This document shows, one piece after another, positions 54,805-64,000 of a stretch of DNA of 64,000 nt (position 1 is its first letter; each line of letters opens with the position of its first letter). A program made the translations under genes and the position numbers. The notes beneath the pieces were generated by a model. The model made no database searches and was not told the DNA's origin. It saw only the letters and a list, made by a program, of their open reading frames with translations. The stretch is from assembly GCF_006345805.1 (NCBI RefSeq), contig NC_043006.1:101246001-101310000 (forward strand), written 5' to 3'. This DNA comes from Octopus sinensis (taxonomy: Eukaryota).

Positions 54805-55036
54805 AGGCAGCAAGCTGGCAGAAACGTTAAGACGCCAGGCGAAATGCGTAGCCGTATTTCGTCTGCCGTTACATTCTGAGTTCAAATTCCGCCGAGGTCG
54901 ACTTTGCCTTTCATCCTTTCATGGTCGATAAATTAAGTACCAGTTACGCACTGGGGTCGATGTAATCGACTTAATCCGTTTGTCTGTCCCTGTTTGTCCT
55001 CTCTGTGTTTAGCCCCTTGTGGGTAGTAAAGAAATA
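54805..55036 (+). mobile_element. SINE family A copy with about 12-bp TSD, nested in older SINE A
   Basis: GGTATGACTAAC (54789-54800) versus GGTATCGACTAAC (55037-55049). Confidence 0.87.
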
Positions 55037-55314
55037 GGTATCGACTAACACCCCACCACCACCACCATCAGAATTGCTGGCCTTGTACCAAAATTTGAAA
55101 TAATTATTAAAAGCAATAAGCTGGCACAATTGTTAAACATGCTAGACAAAATGCTTTGCAGTTTTTCATCTGGCTTTACTTTCAAATTTCACTGAGGTTG
55201 ACTTTGCTTTTCATCCTTTCAGGGTCAATAAAACAAATATTAGTCAAGTTCTGAAATCAGTCTATTTAACTACCCCTTCACAAATCTTCAGGCTTTGTGC
55301 CTTTCGAAGAAAGG

Positions 55315-55679
55315 ATTACTACCTCCACCTTAGCCGAGGTGTTGTTTTCAGTCGTGTTTGTTTGTCTGTGGACAAGATATCTCAAGAACCGCTTGATGGA
55401 TTCAGATGAAACTTTTAGGGATGTTTGGCCTCATGACTGGCAAGAACTGATTAGATTTTGGGGGTGATCCATTATCAGAAAAGGATTCTGGATTATTTTC
55501 CCGTTTTTTTTTTTCTACATAATTTTTGAGAGTAGTCAGGTTCATGTTTAGTATTCTTGTTTGTGAAAGCAGTCGAGTTTACTTCAGATATTCTCATTTT
55601 AAAAATCATCTCCTGTTAATCATTGAGAGGACATTGGTGTTACCTTGGCAGAGGTTTGCACTCTCTGAGTGCTCTTGTT
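55315..55679 (+). mobile_element. Helentron-type non-autonomous element (DINE-1/HINE-like)
   Basis: 5' ACCTCCACC with local hairpin ACCTC..GAGGT and short (GTTT/GTCT) repeat. 3' subterminal IR CCTTGGCAGAGGT (55643-55655) followed by hairpin GCACTC-TCT-GAGTGC (55658-55672). T-rich junction, no TSD. Confidence 0.65.
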
Positions 55680-55732
55680 GTTGTTATTATTATTATTATT
55701 ATTATTAGTAGTAGTAGTAGTAGTAGTAGTAG

Positions 55733-55770
<38 letters not shown>

Positions 55771-55783
55771 GTAGTAGTAGTAG

Positions 55784-55814
<31 letters not shown>

Positions 55815-56059
55815 GTCAAGGTGGCAAGCTGGCAGAAGAATTGTTAGCACGTTGGACAAGCAGTATTTCTCCCATCTTTACGTTCTGAGTTCAAATTCCA
55901 CCAAGGTCAACTATGCCTTTCGTCCTTTTGGGGGTTGATGAATTAAGTACCAATGAAACACTGGGGTCAATGTAATCAACAAGTCTCCTCCCCTCGGATT
56001 TCAGGACTTGTGCCTTCAGTAGAAAGTGCTGAATGAGAAACCACACTGATTTTTTTTAC

Positions 56060-56222
56060 TCTGTTTGGCGTTAGGAAGTGCATCCAGCCGTAGAAACACT
56101 GCCAGATCAGACTGGGCCTGATGCAGCCTTCTGGCTTCACAGACCCCAGCTGAACCGTCCAACCCATGCTAGCATGGAAAGCGGACGCTAAATGATAATG
56201 ATGATGATGATGATGATGAGGA
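56060..56222 (+). mobile_element. RTE 3'-UTR fragment
   Basis: Family homology. Similar short copies at 3780-3930, 9550-9780, 19860-20080, 35315-35420, 44390-44570, 46420-46565 and 51855-52045. Confidence 0.8.
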
Positions 56223-58325
56223 TGTAATTTTTTGAAAAAATTCTCACTTTCCCATCCTTTTGGGTACTTGTTGTTTGCTTGATAATTTTTGTCCTTAACC
56301 ATTGTGATAAAGAGCTCACCTACTATATCTGGGTGTGGTTATTTTTTATATAAGAACACCCCATTGGGAGTGGGGCTCAGACATTTAAATTTTTTCAAAA
56401 CAACGAAGTTTCTATTTTCTATGATGAAAACAAAATGGAGATCAACTATGCTATAATAATGTTCGATGAAAAATCGAAGCATGAGAGTGAGAGAGTGGAA
56501 AAGAGTGTAACAGAGAAAGGGAGAGAAAGATTCCTTTCCGAAAATTCGGCTGACATTCAAGAGGCTACACTTGAAATTGACAGCAATGTCATTGTCATGT
56601 TTTGCAAAAGCAACCACATGCACACACACACACACACACATAAAAACTTCCTGGAAACAATATCTGTAAAAATAGCAACAGCTACAGTGATAAGAACAAA
56701 AACAAAAGCACCACCACCACCAACAACAACAACAATATAACAGAGAATACAGCAACAATCAACAGCAACAACAGTAACAATAGCAAAGATTTTTCTAAGA
56801 TTGGCAAGCTGCATCAACAGCACTAACACTTCTTTCACAATCTCCACTTCTGCCCCTTTTTCCATCTCTTCAGATATCACCACAACCATATTAATAGTGG
56901 TTTCTGCAAACTTCAACAACGACAACACGAACGCTTCCACCAAAACAGCCATAAAAATGGGCACAGTTCCATGAACAATTAAAACAAGCACTGGAACTCA
57001 AACGATGCAGAAAAACTCATCAACAGATAGAACAAGGGAGTTAAACTGACAGTTCCTTCACAACTGAACGAAAGAATTTCCAGAAGAATTATTATATACC
57101 AGTGTGTGGTAAATGCCAAATAAAAAATCCGACAGGTTTTTAATGTAACTCACATTGAAGTAGAAAAATGTTTAAGAGAAATATGGCGCAAAGTAGATTC
57201 CATATTTCAGGCCTGACAGAAACTTTGTAGAAGTGCTGTCTCAGAAACTATTGTCTCATGCAAATTACAAAGATCTATTCCCCTTTCCCCCCATACTTTA
57301 CCTGGCATGTGGTAAAAGTTAAAATATTTGATGTACCACCTGTGGGTGGTGAGATGTGTTGTGATAGAAGTTCTTGAGACCCTACTTGATATTTTAAAGA
57401 ATATTGCAAATAAATTACCCCGGAACTGAGTTGATGATGTTGATTCAAGTACAACCACAAACCCTGAACAGTATTGCTGAACTGTCAAACAGAAGTCATA
57501 TTAGAAGGAAGAACACCTAGGTACCACACAGGTTGGATAAACAACCCCACAAAGGCCTTCCAATCACAACAAAACAATGGGAGTAGGAGAAAGGCTCACA
57601 CTGCTTCCTACACCACAACGACACAAATAACTGCACTAAAAGAAGCAATAATTTCAATACCAAGAGCAGCAACAGAAATGTCAGCTGCAGCAACAAAAAT
57701 CTCAACAGCAGGAGAGGTGACAGATGGCAGGCACAACTACAACAACAACAGCAGTGGTAATCAGCAACATAGCCCAGGAAATAGCAATTGCGTCTCAACA
57801 AGCAGCGGTAGCTGTCACTCTTTCAGAAGGTCATCAAAATAGAGAAACAATTACACATACTTAAATGTCGACTTCTTACTCATGACACAAACTTGGCAGA
57901 TGCAGAAGTTTCATGATGTGATGAGGACAGGATGAAATCTTCACAAAAAACATGTTGGGGTGAAAAGGAAAAACAACTAAACAGAAAAAAGCCTAATTTA
58001 AAAGCCAAGGGAGACAAAGAGGAGCAGAGAAGCTGTCGTTTCACAAACTGTCAACATTAGACTCACATCAAAACAATAACAACAGCGGCAACAACAACAA
58101 CAACAGCAGCAGCAGTAACAGCAACTAAACTGACAGCCACATGCACAAGACCCCTCATTAATTTCAGTTGATTGAAAAAAGCAGCAATGTTTTGATGCAG
58201 GAGTTCACAGAAAACAAGAACATACCCAATTCCCCCAAAATGTGGGTGCCAATGAAATCTTGTCAAAATCTCTCAAAGACAGACTATTAATCCAGGCTGA
58301 CAAAAATACAGTTATCAAACTTTAA

Positions 58326-58544
58326 CCCTTTAGTATTTAAATCGGCCATATCCGGCCAAAATAGTTAATCTGTTTTATGTTCAAACTGACCAGATCCAGG
58401 CTCTCACACCTACCCTACAATGTTATTCTACATTAAGTAATTACACCATCAAGATCTTGAAGATATGAGATAATGCATGATTAATTCAAATCAATGGGAA
58501 TCAATAAGCATTATGTTTGATAGAATAATCAGAACACTAAAGAG
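58326..58544. mobile_element. piggyBac-like MITE
   Basis: TTAA|CCCTTTAG ... CTAAAGAG|TTAA: TTAA TSD with CCC-type TIR (one mismatch). Confidence 0.72.
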
Positions 58545-58720
58545 TTAAACAATATCTCACACACATTGGGCTTTTAAGAGAAAAAAGAGAGACAGATAAA
58601 TGAACCGTAGTCCCATACGAACTAAAGAACTGGATCACCAGCTCTTCTCTAAGATCAAAGTATGTTTTTAAGTAATCCTTTTGAAACAAGATTGGTTAAA
58701 TTGATAAAATTCTTGAAAAT

Positions 58721-58982
58721 GTGGTTAAGAGTGCAGGCTACTAACCCCAAGATTTCAAGTTTCATTCCAGGCAGTGACCTGAATAATAAAATAATAATAA
58801 TAACAACATCGAAAAATACCTTAGGAATGAGAAATCAAGTTCGAAATTTCCCCAAGACACCTGATGAAGGCTGGAGGGTATATCAGCCGAAACGTTGTGT
58901 TAACAACAAGCAAGATGGGGACAAATATCCGTCAATTGTAAATAATGTACATAATTCCTCATCTCTTAAATATAGAACTGTA
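58721..58982 (+). mobile_element. tRNA-headed SINE-like element carrying a hammerhead ribozyme
   Basis: Head GTGGTTAAGAG...AGTTTCATTCC, (AAT)n linker, hammerhead, 3' end AGAACTGTA; same layout as 8059-8328. Confidence 0.78.
58856..58901 (+). ncRNA. Minimal type I hammerhead ribozyme motif (intact core)
   Basis: GACAC CTGATGA A GGCTG GAGGGTATAT CAGCC GAAAC GTT GTGTT: helix I GACAC/GTGTT, helix II GGCTG/CAGCC, palindromic AACGTT helix III, GUU site. Confidence 0.8.
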
Positions 58983-59129
58983 TGGACGATGACAGTAGTA
59001 AATGGAACTGACAATGAGAAATGCAAAACGTAAAATAACTCAGTTTTGATGTTGTATTGATGACAGGCTAATATCAGTAAAAAAATTACCAATATTCCGC
59101 TGTTCACCTGATATCGGCCCTATATGGTC

Positions 59130-59760
59130 ATGCTGGCTGGGTACCTTAATGGCTTGTCGCAAATGTTGACAGAAGATGTGAAGTGTTGCAAAAACCAAAT
59201 AACAACAACTGAAATATGCGTGGTGACGAGCTGTTATAATTGACTGCCGAACGGGAGACCTCATAGTACTGTGAACTGGGAGGTGGGAAGGCTGCTGAGA
59301 AAGAACAGCAATAAGCAGGGTATCATAAACAACTTTCAGTCCATAACTCTACTGAACACTGTTTAATAGTTTGACTAAGATATTAGGAAAATGTTTGGCA
59401 CTTGTCATTGGCAATCTGGTCAGAGAAACATCCGTGATCCTGACTGGGTCTGTCCATGACAACCCCCACTTCACACGATACATAATAAAGAGATTTGGTA
59501 ACGAAGCTGACTTCGATGCAGCCCTGATCAACTTGGAACTGTTAGAAGGTTTCGGTAGGTCAAGTGTTGTTATCTGGCAGTTGCTCTGAAAGTGGTGGGT
59601 TTGCAATCCATTTTCAGAAGCTGGATTGCTGCAATGCACAGTGGCACCTGCTGTGAAGTCAAAATACACTTTCATTCTCGAAACCATTTCTCATCATACA
59701 CCTAGTTCATCATGGCTGTCTCCTTTCACCCTTTCTGTACGTACTGGCTTCCGAGCCAAT
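59130..59760 (+). pseudogene. Decayed L1/Tx1-clade RT fragment
   Basis: YLNGLSQM..., LLRKNSNKQGIINNFQSITLLNTV, LTKILGKCLALVIGNLV, SVHDNPHFTRYII, AALINL, WIAAMHSG, VHHGCLLSPFLYVL. Confidence 0.72.
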
Positions 59761-61151
59761 ACGTACTCCCAAAATGCAAATCTTAAATTCTACATTTACA
59801 CTATGCGAAACCACTAATGTATGAAATATTGTTACTAAATGAACTAAAATATACAAGTTAAATATTCTCTCCTTAAGCACAACCCTAATATAATCTAAAT
59901 TTGTTTCTGTGGGCAAACGTTGGAAATGTGACTCTATTAAGTTAAACTTATATTACAATTTCACTAACGGCATAACACAGTGCCATCCCCCACCCAATTT
60001 TTTTTAGTCACGTCTTGCTTTCATGCAAGACAATTGCTCCACTGACCGGAGGGATCACGCATAATACCAAACACAATGAAGTGCATAATATGTAATTATT
60101 ACACACACACACACACACACACACATTTTACATACATAATGAAGGTGGCGAGTTGGCAGAATCGTTAGCACACCGGGCAAAATGTTTAGTGACATTTTGT
60201 CTATCTTTACGTTCTGAGTTCAAATTCCGCCGAGCTCAACTTTGCTTTTCGTCTTTTCGGGGTCGATAAAATAAGAACCAGTTGAGCACTGGGATCGATG
60301 TAAATTACTTAACACCTCCCCAGAAATTGCTAGCTTTGTGCCAAAATTTGAACCATTATTACATAAATAATGGAAAACACCCGGCAGACTGCGAGCCAAA
60401 AACAGAAATAAAATTTTGAAATGTATTCTTTGTGTGCGACCCGGTGGTTGGGACCCTTGGCCATAAGGTTAAAGAAGGAAACAACATAAGGATATATTTC
60501 TTATGTTTAAAATTCATGGATTTGATTCAATAGGAAAATTTGGTATAAATAACTGTGATTCGTTCAAGCTAATCATATTTATGACGAAAATAATAATTAA
60601 ACTCAATTATTGTATGACGTGTTTAAGGCACCGAAAAGAGGAAGGGAATCTGCATGTATATGTATTTAGCATATGGCAAAAATGAAATCTACCCAGAGGC
60701 AGAGCAAGGGTTCGTAGAGCCCCTGAGGCAAAGACGCCTACATCTTGATTAACGTATATGATAAGATCAGAGGAAATTTGACGCTCCTTCACACTGGCAC
60801 CTTGAGGCAATTTCTTTCCTTTTTGTAACACGCCCGAACCTGTTCATTTACCGTTGCTATCCAATTTGATTATTGTAATTTACTTAATTTAAAGTGCATT
60901 AAATCTTGGAAGTATTCTGAATATTGGATCAGGATCAACCTTCCACAGCAACTCGTTCATAAAAGTTGAAGCCAGCAAAGTATAATAGTAATAGAGTAAA
61001 TGCAAAATCACTGAAACGGAATTGATAGCCAGCAAGCATATTTAATTTAAAGGGTATTGGATCTCGGATCTCTCCCGAGTTTTGGAACAACTTTAAACAT
61101 CAACTTGTTCATAAAAGTTGGAGACCATATTAGGTTGGTTGGTTATATGAG

Positions 61152-61740
61152 GAGGCAAGTTGGCAGAATCGTTAGCATGCCGGGTGAAATGCTTAGCGGT
61201 ATTTCGTCTGCCGCTATGTTCTGAGTTCAAATTCTGCCGAGGTCGACTTTACCTTTCATCCTTTCGGGGTCGATTAAATAAGTACTAGTTACGCACTGCG
61301 GTCGATATAATCGACTTAATCCGTTTGTCTGTACTTGTTTGTCCTCTCTGTATTTAGCCCCTTGTGGATAGTAAAGAAATAGGTATTTCGTCTGCTGTTA
61401 CGTTCTGAGTTCAAATTCCGCCGAGGTCGACTTTGCCATTCATCCTTTCGGGGTCGATAAATTAAATACCAGTTATGCACTGGGGTCGATGTAATTGACT
61501 TAATACCTTTGTCTATCCTTGTTTGTTACCTCTATGTTTAGCTCCTTGTGGGTAATAAAGAAATAAGAATTGTTAGCATGCCAGGAAAAAGGCTTAGCGA
61601 CATTTCACCCGTCATTACATTCTGAGTTCAAATTCAGCTGAGGTCAAGTTTGCTTTCGGAGTCGATAAATGTAAGTACCAAGTTGATCACTGGGATTGAT
61701 GTAATCAACTTATCCCCTAATCCCGAAATTGCTAGTCTCG
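61152..61740 (+). mobile_element. Three tandem SINE family A units
   Basis: Units at about 61152-61381, 61382-61565 and 61565-61740. The first junction is through GGTATTTCGTCTG. Confidence 0.82.
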
Positions 61741-61999
61741 TGCCAAAACGTGGAAATAATATTGCATGTCGTACGTTCGTGTTACGTTGCATAAATCGCT
61801 CTTGCTACTTGGTGAGCTCGGAACTACATACATATATAAAAAAATACATACATACATAAAAAATACATACATATATAAAAAAATACATAAAAAATACATA
61901 CATACATACATACATACATACATACATACATACATACATACATACATACATACATACATACATACATACATACATACAAACAAACAAACACAAACGAAT

Positions 62000-62927
62000 A
62001 AAAACGAAACAAGAACGTAATGAACGACAATGAAAACATACGGACAGAAGAACGATGCCAAGACGGATAGGTAAATTAGGACGGCACATCCGTGGCTTTT
62101 TATTCTTCAGCCAAGCTTCCAGTAATCATTATAGTTTCGGCCTGTTACACTAGAGACTGTTCAAAATTGGTAGGCCCCAAAAATCTAAGCTAAGGGTATT
62201 AAATTTTTGGAAGAACGTGAGCGAATATGGTCGACAACACGGACAAAAGCGAGAAAACGGAGAAAATGTTACACGATTCCAAATACAAACAAGAATAACA
62301 ACAGGTGTCTTTCGACTAAAGGGACAAGTTAAGTTGAGCTGGTGTGTGAAGTGGAAGGCTTGCGGCAACAAACATAGATGAAAGTCAGGAGACAGAAGGA
62401 TAAGGTGTTGTTCGAGCAGCGGGCAGGCCAAGAAAGAAATATCATGCTTGGCTAAGCACCGATCACGTGGGAGGAACATAGAGAGGTAGGGAGCAGAAGG
62501 ATTGAAGAATTAGGGAAGGAACTAGAGAAAGCGAGAGAGGGGGGGACAGAGGTAAAGGTACAAGGGACATAACGAAGGAAAGTAGAGGAGTTAAAGGAAG
62601 AGAATACCAAGAAATGTGAGAGAGATGGAGCGAGGAAAAGAAAAGACGAAAGTAAGAAGTCGTACAGAATTAGATATATATTTATTTACAAGCTGAGAAA
62701 AGGTGTACTTACGCCACTAAAATCCAAAAAAAACGGAACAAGAGCGTAACAGATGATAATGAAAATATACGGACAGAAGGACGATACAAAGACGGACAAG
62801 AAAACTAGAACGGAACATTTGTGGTTTTCTATTTTTCAGTCAAGCTTCCAATAATCATTACAGTTTCAACCTGTTACACTTGAGACTGCTCAAAATTGGT
62901 AGGCCCCAAAAATCTAAGCTAAGGGCA
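62000..62927. mobile_element. About 930-bp non-coding unit bounded by about 200-bp direct repeats
   Basis: 62000-62198 versus 62728-62927 share, for example, CAAAATTGGTAGGCCCCAAAAATCTAAGCTAAGGG; purine-rich interior. Confidence 0.6.
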
Positions 62928-63098
62928 TAAAGCTTTTAAGCTAGTATATTGCTTTTAAGCTACTGACTCCTAATGGGAAGATCTACAAACAGGTCTCTGA
63001 CTTGTTTGGGAGAATTTGTTGCAATTGCTTCCTCCAGAGTTGTAGGTAACGCTATTTGAAGTAGGTTCACAAGCACGCAAAATATTCGTTGAGAGTAT

Positions 63099-64000
63099 CT
63101 GCCTTATCCAATACTGGGTGCGGATTTTCTACACCATTGTTCATTATGGGTTGATGTGAGGAGGCAGCAGCTCTTCGACGATACCACCTTCTTATCAACT
63201 CCTATGAAGAATTCTACTGTCGCTCCTGTAAGTCCCTCTTTCTTCGTTGCCACATCAGGAGACCCGTATCATGCATTGCTTGCTTCTTTTCCGGATCTTA
63301 CTGACTTGTCGTTTAAACCGACCGAGCCTGTTCATTCAACAAGAAATTTCATCTCCACGAAGGGACCTCTTGTTTTCCCCGTGGCACTAGACAAGCTTAA
63401 GGCACCTTGAGCTGAATTTGAACATATGCTCCAGCTTGGTCTTATTCAACCATCCACGAGCCCATAGGCATCACCTTTAAACATGGAAAAGAAAAAAAGA
63501 TTCCGCAGATTTCCGAGCAGCTGGGGATTTCAGACACCTCAATGCCATCACTATCCCTGACAGTTATCTCTTACCATATCTTCAGGATTTTTCATCTGCT
63601 TTAGATGGATGTACCGTTTTCTCCAAGATTGACCTGGTACGTGCATAGCACCAAATACCAGTGAACCCGGCAGACATCCCGAAAACAACCGTGACCACTC
63701 CATTTGGCTCGTTCGAGTTCTTATCCATGCCATTTGGACTGCGCAAACCCGCCAGCACTTTCCAGCGGTTCATTGATGAAGTCGTTCATAGGATGGATTT
63801 CGTTTTTGCTCGCATAGATGACCTCTTCATAGCCAGGGACACGGCGGAACATCATCATCAACACCTATCTCAGTTTTTCCAGCGTCTCCGGTTGTACAAT
63901 GTCAAGGTCAACCCTGCAAAGTGTGTGTTTGGTACAACTTCGTTGGAGTTCCTGGGGCATCTTATAGACTCTGAAGGTATTCGGATCCTGCCGGCGAAGG
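63099..64000 (+). pseudogene. Ty3/Gypsy LTR retrotransposon pol fragment (protease end + RT), inactivated, runs off window
   Basis: PILGADFLHH..VD, AEFEHMLQLGLIQPSTSP*ASPL, GDFRHLNAITIPD, VFSKIDLVRA*HQIPV, TTPFGSFEFLSMPFGL, RIDD (from YxDD), KCVFG..LEFLGH. Stops and a frameshift. Confidence 0.92.

Noticed and set aside
56435-56740. 101-aa ORF MEINYAIIMFDEKSK...
   Set aside because: Runs into (CA)n and (CAA)n repeats; no domain recognised.
57292-57312. ATACTTTACCTGGCA resembling the U1 snRNA 5' end
   Set aside because: The match stops after about 14 nt, has an extra T, and no U1 body follows.
62100-62200. Hammerhead-like words (GGCC GAAAC ... CTGAAGA) on the minus strand
   Set aside because: Order and pairing fit no type I, II or III fold.

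Overview
AT-rich eukaryotic, repeat-dominated DNA. The SINE families, RTE 3'-UTR repeats and microsatellite load look cephalopod (octopus-like); this is inferred from recognising the repeats, not from a search. I cannot support any host protein-coding exon, and most ORF-track entries are microsatellite translations. The window holds: a young 5'-truncated CR1-type LINE (36492-39141, 8-bp TSD); decayed RTE, Tx1/L1 and Gypsy fragments; at least four tRNA-headed SINE families; hAT, piggyBac and Helentron-type non-autonomous elements; large simple repeats; and a 100-N gap. The best leads are (1) a tRNA-headed SINE-like family carrying a minimal type I hammerhead ribozyme (intact at 58856-58901, two decayed siblings at 7.6-8.3 kb), plus an unrelated intact hammerhead at 11004-11048; (2) a full-length U6 snRNA retrocopy fused to a SINE, with a matching empty site 2.5 kb away; (3) twin near-perfect long hairpins with an identical 26-nt loop at 45342-45579.
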